NCBI GenBank assembly: GCA_963662465.1
Contig: OY759599.1
Span: forward strand, 5,056,001-5,120,000
Source: Desulfatiglandales bacterium
GTDB lineage: Bacteria; Desulfobacterota; DSM-4660; Desulfatiglandales; Desulfatiglandaceae
Direction of reading: 5' to 3'
DNA: 64,000 bases
The translations under genes and the position numbers were made by a program. The notes below the pieces were generated by a model. It did no database searches, was not told the DNA's origin, and worked only from the letters and a program-made list of their open reading frames with translations. Below, piece after piece: positions 1 through 8,417 of this stretch; position 1 is the stretch's first letter, and every line of letters begins with the position of its first letter.

Positions 1-2
1 AA

Positions 3-611
3 AACCGCTTGAACCTTCCCTCCAATGAATTCCTGGAACAGTACACGGAAACCGTTTTAGAGCGTCACTCACGATTTCCCATGGTCAAACTGAGCATGGG
101 AAAAGACAAAGAGCATCGGTGCCCTTTTGTAACGGATACGGGGTGTACCATTTATGAAGATCGACCGGAGGCCTGCCGAATTTATCCAGTGGGCAGGGCA
201 TCGGCGATCGTCGACCGGGAACAGGAAACGCGGGAAAAGTATTTTATCGTCACGGAACCCCATTGCCGGGGTTTTCATGAAAAAAAAGAATGGACACTGG
301 AAGAATGGTTGAATCACGAAGGCGTAAAAGAATACAAGGCCATGAACCATCAATGGCTGGGAATCATAACATCCCCAAAAAGCATGGGGCCCAAAGCCCA
401 CCTTGCTCAAAAGCACCAGATGTTTTTCATGGTCTCCTATAACCTGGATAAGTTTAAACAGTTTCTCTTTGGCAGCAAATTCTTTGATCATTTTGAGGTC
501 AGCGAGGACTTAAAAAACAGGATGGAAACAGACGACGCGGCACTCATGGGCTTTGGATTTGACTGGCTCAAATTCAGCCTTTTTGGAGAGAAAACGCTTC
601 AAACAAAATAA
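3..611 (+). CDS. YkgJ-family cysteine-cluster protein, 5'-truncated by window edge
   Basis: CPF...GCTIYEDRPEACRIYP motif; frame is open from position 3. Confidence 0.8.
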   Translation, partial: NRLNLPSNEFLEQYTETVLERHSRFPMVKLSMGKDKEHRCPFVTDTGCTIYEDRPEACRIYPVGRASAIVDREQETREKYFIVTEPHCRGFHEKKEWTLEEWLNHEGVKEYKAMNHQWLGIITSPKSMGPKAHLAQKHQMFFMVSYNLDKFKQFLFGSKFFDHFEVSEDLKNRMETDDAALMGFGFDWLKFSLFGEKTLQTK

Positions 612-614
612 TTT

Positions 615-664
615 AAAAAAAGCCGGGGGATACGCCTCGAATTTCAAGGCACACCCCCCGGCTT
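615..664. terminator. Intrinsic terminator hairpin between convergent genes
   Basis: AAGCCGGGGG (620-629) pairs with CCCCCGGCTT (655-664); A-run at 615-621 gives a U-tail on the minus strand. Confidence 0.7.
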
Positions 665-690
665 GACTGCGATTTTTCCGGGCGTTTCGA

Positions 691-1620
691 TCAGCTTCTC
701 AGAAATTTTTTCACGAAACCCGCCCAACTCTTGCCGCCGATCGCTTCAAAAACATCATCCACCGAAGCGCCGCCGTCGGCTGCCATTCTGAAGTCTTCAT
801 CGGCCATTGCCCAGAGACGTTCGGCTTCTTCACCCATGAAATTTTCCGCCTGCTCTCCAAAATAGAGACCCTTCAGGTTTTTTTTCATTTTCGTCGGTTC
901 GATGATAAACAACCATCCGTCTTCATAGGGAGATTCACTGATCAATTCCGGGTTGTCGGCAACACGATCATTAATACGCGCCACGATGCCGTCGACCGGA
1001 GAGAGTACACGCGCGACCTCATTATTCCGTCTCACATCAAAACTCGCCATTCCCTGTTTGACTTCATGGCCTATTCCGGGAAGATCAACCCCCCCCAGTT
1101 TACCCATCATTTTTCTGGCGAAATCGTCCAACCCAACCCTGATCCGTCCGCCATACTCCGGCTTGGCCCACATATGGCCTTCGTGATAATAGACACCTTC
1201 GGCCACCTGAAACCCCTCCACCGCTTTGCCCAGTTTAGCCGGAAGCGCCTCACTCTGCAAACGGCCCTGCATCATCTGGTCAAAGGAACAAGTCCCACAC
1301 TCATAAACATTCGGACAGATTTTCCGGCTCACTTCCCCGGTAATCATATAACGGCACTTTCTCTGGGAAGCGGGAAGCTTCATCATCCGATCCACCCAGC
1401 TTTCAGTGAAATTATCAGGCGTCATTTCAACCGTTGATACCGCCGCCATTTCCTTCTGCTTAGCAACCTTCAGCTGCATACCCTGGTCGTAAACGCAGGT
1501 CGGACAATCAAAATTGTTGTCGCAAAGTTTGTATGAAACCACACCGGCTTCCATCCATACGCATTTCTTTTTTCCGGGCGGTACAATTTTCATAGACTCT
1601 CTCTTGGCTTTGGCTCCCAT
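691..1620 (-). CDS. GcvH-like protein with two N-terminal Cys4 repeats; lipoyl-lysine absent
   Basis: YYHEGHMW...RVGLDDFA...SPVDG...N...P..I..SPYEDGW GcvH motifs; ESVKA position reads RRNNE. Confidence 0.8.
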   Translation of the reverse strand: MGAKAKRESMKIVPPGKKKCVWMEAGVVSYKLCDNNFDCPTCVYDQGMQLKVAKQKEMAAVSTVEMTPDNFTESWVDRMMKLPASQRKCRYMITGEVSRKICPNVYECGTCSFDQMMQGRLQSEALPAKLGKAVEGFQVAEGVYYHEGHMWAKPEYGGRIRVGLDDFARKMMGKLGGVDLPGIGHEVKQGMASFDVRRNNEVARVLSPVDGIVARINDRVADNPELISESPYEDGWLFIIEPTKMKKNLKGLYFGEQAENFMGEEAERLWAMADEDFRMAADGGASVDDVFEAIGGKSWAGFVKKFLRS

Positions 1621-1701
1621 TTTTCACCCTCCTGCAATAAAATAGATTAAATTAAATTCATATATAAAAACTTTCATTGTTTCCATTTTGGCATTTAAGA
1701 G

Positions 1702-1718
1702 TGCAAGGGGGATGCCAA
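1702..1718 (-). promoter_or_regulatory. Sigma54 (-24/-12) promoter for the GcvH-like gene
   Basis: Minus strand TTGGCATCCCCCTTGCA = GG-N10-GC consensus, ~80 bp upstream of the start; sigma54 activator encoded nearby. Confidence 0.75.
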
Positions 1719-1942
1719 TTTACAAGACATATACCGAGAAATCTTACAAGATGTTGTTTTCGTTAACACAATTTTTTCAAAACCTACCCTGGCACAACTT
1801 GCCAAGATAAGGGCATTTTGGTGAGATACTCGACACTATTTGGAGGAGAACCCACGATATTCAGCACAACCACTTGTTTTATTAGTATAAAATCTTACAT
1901 GTGGTACAAATAGACATATGCCGAAATTCTATACAATCAAAG

Positions 1943-2497
1943 TCAAGTGGACTGCGGTAACGGGTTCAGTCCCCATTTGAAGAGTTCCCGGCAGGTGGGA
2001 CAAAACTCGGTTTTCTTTGAATCGGTATCCTCTATCCGCGTGGACGAAAACATGACGCACCGACGATCCCGGCAATGGATGAGCCCCAGGCTGTGCCCGA
2101 ACTCATGAACAGCCGTTTTTTCCACGCGGGCCAGAAGTAAATCGTGGTCGGCAGGCTGATCGTAATACAGGGGATCAAGCCGCCGGGTAGAAATAATCCC
2201 ACATTTTCCGGACATTTCAGCCGCCCCGAAAACAAAAGTCAAAATAGGGATATACAGGTCTACCTGGGTTACCCCTATGATTTTAAAGGTCTCCCTGGGA
2301 CAACATGCCGCCAGACGCTTTAAAACCCGTTTTGAACTATATTGCCCGCGTCCTTCATCATAGGCATAGGTGGGGTCCGCCATGGCCGGCAAAACCCTCA
2401 CAATCATTTTCGACCGTGTTTCAATGCTTGCCGAAACGCAACCGAGAACATCCTCATGAACAAAACCAATGGGGCAAACAAAAATACCTTTCCGCAC
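1943..2497 (-). CDS. Archaemetzincin-family Zn metalloprotease
   Basis: HEFGHSLGLIHC...CVM...FCPTC signature. Confidence 0.85.
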   Translation of the reverse strand: MRKGIFVCPIGFVHEDVLGCVSASIETRSKMIVRVLPAMADPTYAYDEGRGQYSSKRVLKRLAACCPRETFKIIGVTQVDLYIPILTFVFGAAEMSGKCGIISTRRLDPLYYDQPADHDLLLARVEKTAVHEFGHSLGLIHCRDRRCVMFSSTRIEDTDSKKTEFCPTCRELFKWGLNPLPQST

Positions 2498-2503
2498 AAC
2501 GAA

Positions 2504-3853
2504 TCAGGATGCTCCCTTTTTGATACTATATTTATTCATTTTGTTGTAAAGGGTCTGACGGTCGATATCCAGCTCCCGAGCAGCCTTGCTGATATTCCAC
2601 TCCGTCTGTTCCAGCATCCTGAATATATGGGCTTTTTCCATCATTTTCAGTGATTTTGGGGAGTCCGAAACGCTCGCATCGGTACGGGAAAAGGGAAGAT
2701 CTTCGATCAAGATCTCTTTTCCCCCGCCAATCACCAAAGCCCTTTCGATAATATTTTCCAATTCTCTGACATTTCCGGGCCAATGATAATCCATCAATTG
2801 GCGCAAGGCCGCCGGACCGATTTTCACGATTTCCCGGTTCATTTCCATGCACTGTTGCTTCACAAAAGCCTTTGCCAACAGGGGAATATCTTCCTTTCGC
2901 TCCCGCAGGGGCGGGACATGAATCGAAATCACATTAAGACGGTAAAACAGATCTTCTCGAAATTCACCTTTCTTAATAGACGCATCAAGGTCCCGATTGG
3001 TGGCTGCCAGTATGCGAACATCCACTTCGATGGCGCTTTCACTTCCCAATCGGAAGAACTCCTTCTGCTGAAGAACCCGCAGTAGATCCACCTGGGTTTT
3101 GTGGCTGATATCACCGATTTCATCCAAAAGAATCGTTCCACCCTGGGCCATCTCGAAGCGCCCCCGTTTGGTGTGGTCCGCCCCGGTAAAAGCGCCTTTT
3201 TCATAGCCGAATAATTCGCTTTCCAGCAGGGAATCCGGCAGGGCGCCGCAATTCACCGCCACAAACGGCATATAACAACGGTTGCTGTTGCCATGAATGG
3301 CCTTGGCAATCAACTCCTTTCCAGTGCCGCTCTCTCCCGTAATCAATACCGTGGAATCCGACGACGCCACACGATCGATCAAGTCAAAGATATCCTGCAT
3401 AACCTGGCTCTTGCCGATAATCTCATCATACTGGTACTGTTCCTCCAGCCGTTTTCGAAGCAAGATGTTTTCAAGAATCACTTCCTTATGGGCCAGAATT
3501 TTTTTGATCTGGAGCTCAATCTCATCCGGATCAAAGGGTTTCACCAGGTAATCAAAAGCCCCTTCCTTCATAGCATGCACCGCCGTATCCACCGTGGCGT
3601 AGGCCGTCATCATCAGCACCTCCGAATCCGGGCTGATTTCCTTGATGCGGCGCATGGTTTCAAGGCCATCGATTCCCGGCATCTTCAAATCAAGGAGGAT
3701 AACATCATATTGAGCCTCCCCAACCTTTAAAACGGCATCTTCTCCGTCAACGGCCAGGGCCACGCGATACCCATCTTCCATGAGCCAATCCTTGAGGGAC
3801 TCGCGTATGGCGGCTTCATCATCCACAACGAGAATGCTGGGCATTTTATTCAT
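2504..3853 (-). CDS. Sigma54-dependent response regulator (NtrC/AtoC family)
   Basis: Receiver ILVVDDE/DLKMPG, GESGTGKE, GAFTGA, C-terminal Fis HTH; start placed at MNKMPS (3853), overlapping the kinase stop. Confidence 0.92.
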   Translation of the reverse strand: MNKMPSILVVDDEAAIRESLKDWLMEDGYRVALAVDGEDAVLKVGEAQYDVILLDLKMPGIDGLETMRRIKEISPDSEVLMMTAYATVDTAVHAMKEGAFDYLVKPFDPDEIELQIKKILAHKEVILENILLRKRLEEQYQYDEIIGKSQVMQDIFDLIDRVASSDSTVLITGESGTGKELIAKAIHGNSNRCYMPFVAVNCGALPDSLLESELFGYEKGAFTGADHTKRGRFEMAQGGTILLDEIGDISHKTQVDLLRVLQQKEFFRLGSESAIEVDVRILAATNRDLDASIKKGEFREDLFYRLNVISIHVPPLRERKEDIPLLAKAFVKQQCMEMNREIVKIGPAALRQLMDYHWPGNVRELENIIERALVIGGGKEILIEDLPFSRTDASVSDSPKSLKMMEKAHIFRMLEQTEWNISKAARELDIDRQTLYNKMNKYSIKKGAS

Positions 3854-5930
3854 TTTTGGCTCCTTCTTCTGAAAGCGGCAAACGAATGGTAAAGGTACTG
3901 CCTTTTCCCGGTTCGCTTTCCACACGAATGGTTCCCTTGTGCCTCGTCACGATTCCGTAAACCACGGAAAGCCCCAAGCCAACCCCCTTACCCTCTTCCT
4001 TGGTGGTGAAAAACGGTTCAAAAATACTTTTCAAATGCGCTCTGGGAATACCACATCCCGTATCGGAAATTCTGATTTCCATGGCGCATCCCTCCGCTGA
4101 ACGCTTTGCCGTCAGGGTCAAAATGCCCCCTTCGGCCATGGCTTCGGACGCGTTCCCAATAATATTCAACAGGGCCTGCTGCATCTGTCTAAAATCGCAT
4201 TGAACATTGGGCAAGTCCTCACAGACATGCTTGACCACCCGAACCCCCTTCATCTCCAGATCATGGGACAAAAGGGCCAGGGTCCGGTCCACAATCTCGT
4301 TGATGTTCCGGCTTTCGATGCTGATTTTGGACTGGCGGGAAAAAGCCAGAAGATTCTTCACAATTTCTCCACACCGCGCCGTCTCGGATTCCATGATGCC
4401 GAGGTATTTCGCGATATCATCTTTTCTTTCAGGCGTCAGACGATCATTCTGATTTTGCTTAATCATGAGGCGGTTATAAGTTAACACCGCCGCCAGGGGA
4501 TTGTTGATCTCATGGGCAATGGTGGCGGATAATTTTCCCAGAGACGCAAGCTTTTCCGAAGCAATCACCTGGTCCTGGGCCTCTTTGAGTTCCTGATAAG
4601 CCTTTTTCAAGTTTTCGTAAAGAGCGGCGTTTTCCACCGCCACACCGATCTGGTTGCCGATGGCCGACAGAAACTCCAGATAATCGTCTGAAAAATCAAA
4701 ATTAGAACGACTGGTAACGACCATTGCCCCCACGGGCTCGCCCTTGGATACCAGGGGGACATAAATGGCAGACTGGATCCCTTCCTCCGCAAACAAATCA
4801 GCATAGGGATCTTCAGAATTCGCCAGATCGCAAACCACTGTTGTTGCCGATGTGGCAACGCTTTTCCCCAAAATCCCCTGCCCTATTTTACGGGTTTTAA
4901 TGCTCCTGTTTCCCACAAACCGTGAAGACAACCCCTTACTGGCAAGTAGGTCCAAAGTCTGCCTTTCTTTATCAAGCAGATAGATTCTCACACTTACCGA
5001 ATCGAGAATTCCCAAAATTTTTTCGATGGTGTTATGAAATATTTTATTGAGATCCAGACTGCTGCCGATGGCCATGGATGTGGCGTTTAAGGTTGCCAGC
5101 CACTTGTTCCGCCACTCAATCTGCGCCTGTGCCCTTTTTTGCCGGGTGACATCCCGGACAATAAACACATACCCGGTAATCCGCCCTACCACATTCAAAG
5201 TCACATTGGATGTTAACCGCCCATCAAAGGCAACGCCGTCTTTTCGCAAAAGCGAGGCCTCGAATCCTGTGATAAACCCATCTCGAAATAATTTTTTCTG
5301 AAACGCCTTAAGGTCGTCATTATTTTCGAAAAGCGCCGTTGCCGAATCCAAAGCCATCAATTCTTCCCGTTTTAAATACCCGAGGATACCCACGCCTGCC
5401 TGATTCACATCCAGGATTCGACCTTTTGGATCCGTGAGCATAATGGCGTCTCCGGACCGTTCAAAAATCGTCCGGTATTTTTCTTCCGATTGCCGCAAAT
5501 GATTCAACCGCTCCGATATGGCCTGTTCAAGACTGCCGGCCAACCGCGACAGTGCTTTCAGGGGTTGCGTGTTTTCGGTGATATCGACAGCCGTCTCCAG
5601 CACATAAACAATCCTGTCCTGAGCATCTTTCACGGGGGTCGTCCTAAGCAACAATTGGACTTTTCGGCCGTCTTTCGTCACGACGGTCTTCTCATCTTGG
5701 TGGCTTTTCCCATCCTGAAATGTTTTTTCAACGATACATTCCGCACACCTTGAATCACTATGTTTCCAAGCCTGGAAACAAGAATCGTTGGGATGTCCTC
5801 CGAACCGATCCTTGAAAAGATCATTGGCCATAACGATCTCAAAGTTTCTGTTGATCGCGACAACATACTCCGTCATATTTTGCAGAAACCCCCGGTATTT
5901 TGTATCGGCTACTGCCTCAGGCTTGTCCAC
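3846..5930 (-). CDS. PAS-PAS-GAF sensor histidine kinase
   Basis: AHEINNPL H-box, DTGCGI, FEPFFTTK, GVGLGL boxes; PAS and GAF-like segments. Confidence 0.92.
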   Translation of the reverse strand: MDKPEAVADTKYRGFLQNMTEYVVAINRNFEIVMANDLFKDRFGGHPNDSCFQAWKHSDSRCAECIVEKTFQDGKSHQDEKTVVTKDGRKVQLLLRTTPVKDAQDRIVYVLETAVDITENTQPLKALSRLAGSLEQAISERLNHLRQSEEKYRTIFERSGDAIMLTDPKGRILDVNQAGVGILGYLKREELMALDSATALFENNDDLKAFQKKLFRDGFITGFEASLLRKDGVAFDGRLTSNVTLNVVGRITGYVFIVRDVTRQKRAQAQIEWRNKWLATLNATSMAIGSSLDLNKIFHNTIEKILGILDSVSVRIYLLDKERQTLDLLASKGLSSRFVGNRSIKTRKIGQGILGKSVATSATTVVCDLANSEDPYADLFAEEGIQSAIYVPLVSKGEPVGAMVVTSRSNFDFSDDYLEFLSAIGNQIGVAVENAALYENLKKAYQELKEAQDQVIASEKLASLGKLSATIAHEINNPLAAVLTYNRLMIKQNQNDRLTPERKDDIAKYLGIMESETARCGEIVKNLLAFSRQSKISIESRNINEIVDRTLALLSHDLEMKGVRVVKHVCEDLPNVQCDFRQMQQALLNIIGNASEAMAEGGILTLTAKRSAEGCAMEIRISDTGCGIPRAHLKSIFEPFFTTKEEGKGVGLGLSVVYGIVTRHKGTIRVESEPGKGSTFTIRLPLSEEGAKNE

Positions 5931-6189
5931 CCAGAACCTCCTCGCGGCTAACCATCATTTTTTAAGCATAACCTTACATCGCCGCCCTCATATTTTCGCA
6001 ACGCTTCAGAACAGCAACAGGAAATAAACCGTAACTATGGATTAAAGCATAATAACACGCTTCAATCAAGCGGAATGGCACAACTACTAAATACTGCTTG
6101 ACAACAATGCAACTTTTGGAGATAACTGGTGTAAAAGTTGAAATATATCTAAACTAATTGCCCTGATCAGGGGGGATAAGGATTCACTC

Positions 6190-6666
6190 ATGAATGTAGA
6201 TCTTTCACACACCAAGATGCTTATTGAAAAATACAGCCAGAAAAAGGGCGCATTAATTCCGCTCTTACAGGACATTCAAACAAACTACGGCTATGTTCCT
6301 GATGAGGCTGTGAAACTCGTAGCGCAAGAACTGTCGATCTTCCCCGTGGAAATTTATGGCGTTTTGACCTTCTATACGCAATTCTGCTTAACACCGCGTG
6401 GAGAACACACAATCAGAGTTTGCCAGGGAACGGCCTGTCATGTGATGGGCGCCAAGGGCTTGTTTGATTATCTTCTGGACAAGCTGGAAGTTGAAGAAGG
6501 CGAAACTACGGAAGATGGCTTTTTCACAGTGGAACGCGTAGCATGTCTTGGGTGCTGCGGAATGGCGCCCGCAGTTATGATCGATGACGACTTTTATGGA
6601 CGCTGCAATATTCAAAACATTGAAGAAACATGGGATAAGTATCGATCGGAGAATGCGGGATCATGA
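6190..6666 (+). CDS. NuoE/HydC-like [2Fe-2S] subunit
   Basis: CQGTACH and CLGCCGMAP motifs. Confidence 0.9.
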   Translation: MNVDLSHTKMLIEKYSQKKGALIPLLQDIQTNYGYVPDEAVKLVAQELSIFPVEIYGVLTFYTQFCLTPRGEHTIRVCQGTACHVMGAKGLFDYLLDKLEVEEGETTEDGFFTVERVACLGCCGMAPAVMIDDDFYGRCNIQNIEETWDKYRSENAGS

Positions 6667-8417
6667 AAAATAAAATACTGATATGCAATGGAACCAGTGG
6701 AATTTCGGCCGGTTCGAGAAAAGTCGGTCAGTTCTTTGAGGAGGGACTGGAACGTCTCAATTTACAGGATCGCTATGATGTCGTTATGACTGGCGACCGC
6801 GGCTTATTCAGGGATGTATTGGTTGACATTGTCAGACCGAATGCTGAGAGAATCACCTACGAATACGTCAAACCTGAAGATGTACAAGCAATTCTGGAAC
6901 AGCACTTGGTGAAGGGTGAACCGGTCGAAAAACTGCTGGCCGGAGAAGATTATCGGCAATTTTTTGCCAGTCAAACCCGCATTGTGCTTGCCAATTGCGG
7001 CGAAATCGACCCGAAGAGCATTGATGACTATCTGGCGCACAACGGCTATAAAGCATTACAAAAAGCACTCAAAATGACCCCTGAGATCGTGGTCGAAAAA
7101 ATGAAAATATCCGGATTGCGCGGCCGAGGCGGGGCCGGATTTTCGACCGGAATGAAGTGGGATTTCTGCAGGCAGGCCAAAGGCGACCAGAAATATATGG
7201 TTTGCAATGCGGATGAAGGCGATCCCGGCGCGTTCATGGATCGCAGCGTGCTGGAGGGTGATCCTCACGCTGTCGTTGAAGGCATGATTATTGCGGGCTA
7301 TGCCATCGGCGCCACGGAAGGCTACGTCTACTGCCGAGCTGAATATCCCATTGCCATCAAACGCTTAACCAGAGCCATTGCTCAGGCGGAAAAGCGCGGC
7401 TATTTGGGAAAAAATATTCTGGGCAGCGATCATTCGTTTCATCTGACCATCAAACAGGGGGCAGGGGCCTTTGTCTGCGGCGAAGAGACCGCGCTGCTCG
7501 CGTCAATCGAAGGACTGCGGGGGATGCCTAAGCCGCGGCCGCCGTTTCCGGCTCAAAAAGGGTTGTGGGGAAAACCAACCACCATCAATAATGTTGAAAC
7601 ACTGGCCAATATCCGCCATATTTTTCAAAAAGGAGCGGAATGGTTTGCCTCCATCGGCACGGAGAAAAGTAAAGGGACAAAAGTCTTTGCGCTTGCGGGG
7701 AAAGTCAAAAACACAGGACTCGTGGAAGTTCCCATGGGCATGACGATTCGAGATCTAATCTTCGGCCCGGGCGGCGGCATGCTCAAAAAGAAGGACAAGT
7801 TCAAAGGCATCCAGCTTGGCGGCCCTTCCGGCGGCTGCTTGCCGGAAAGTTTGTTGGATACCCCCATTGACTATGAATCGATCAATCAGACCGGCGCAAT
7901 TATGGGTTCCGGTGGGATGGTCGTCATGGACACGCGCACCTGCATGGTGGATGTCGCCAGATTTTTCTTAGAGTTCACCGTGGCGGAATCCTGCGGAAAA
8001 TGCGTACCCTGCCGCATCGGCTTGAAACGCACCCTGGAAGTGCTTGATGAGATCACCGCGGGACGCGGAAAAGAAGAACATCTGACGTTTCTCAAAGAGA
8101 TGGGAAACACCATTAAAAACACAGCCTTGTGCGGGCTTGGCAACACCGCGCCAAATCCTGTTTTAACCACATTGCGCTATTTTCCGGAAGAATATCAAGC
8201 ACACATTCACGACCGTGAGTGTCCATCACATGTATGTACGGCATTGGTGAAATTTGAGTTTATTCAAGCAAACTGCACCAAATGCGGACTCTGTTCTAAA
8301 GCCTGTCCGGTAGGCGCAATTTCATGGGAAAAAAAGCAATATCCAATCCTTGATAAGACCAAATGCATAAAATGTAAAACCTGCATTGATGCATGTAACT
8401 TTGAGGCGATACAATGA
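6663..8417 (+). CDS. NuoF/HydB-like FMN/NADH-binding subunit with C-terminal 2x[4Fe-4S]
   Basis: GRGGAGF, NADEGDPGAFMDR, GAFVCGEET, ESCGKCVPCR, terminal ferredoxin motifs; ATGA overlap with upstream gene. Confidence 0.9.
   Translation: MKNKILICNGTSGISAGSRKVGQFFEEGLERLNLQDRYDVVMTGDRGLFRDVLVDIVRPNAERITYEYVKPEDVQAILEQHLVKGEPVEKLLAGEDYRQFFASQTRIVLANCGEIDPKSIDDYLAHNGYKALQKALKMTPEIVVEKMKISGLRGRGGAGFSTGMKWDFCRQAKGDQKYMVCNADEGDPGAFMDRSVLEGDPHAVVEGMIIAGYAIGATEGYVYCRAEYPIAIKRLTRAIAQAEKRGYLGKNILGSDHSFHLTIKQGAGAFVCGEETALLASIEGLRGMPKPRPPFPAQKGLWGKPTTINNVETLANIRHIFQKGAEWFASIGTEKSKGTKVFALAGKVKNTGLVEVPMGMTIRDLIFGPGGGMLKKKDKFKGIQLGGPSGGCLPESLLDTPIDYESINQTGAIMGSGGMVVMDTRTCMVDVARFFLEFTVAESCGKCVPCRIGLKRTLEVLDEITAGRGKEEHLTFLKEMGNTIKNTALCGLGNTAPNPVLTTLRYFPEEYQAHIHDRECPSHVCTALVKFEFIQANCTKCGLCSKACPVGAISWEKKQYPILDKTKCIKCKTCIDACNFEAIQ

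Noticed and set aside
1789..1805. TGGCACAACTTGC as a second sigma54 promoter
   Set aside because: GG-GC spacing is 8 rather than 10, and no + strand gene follows
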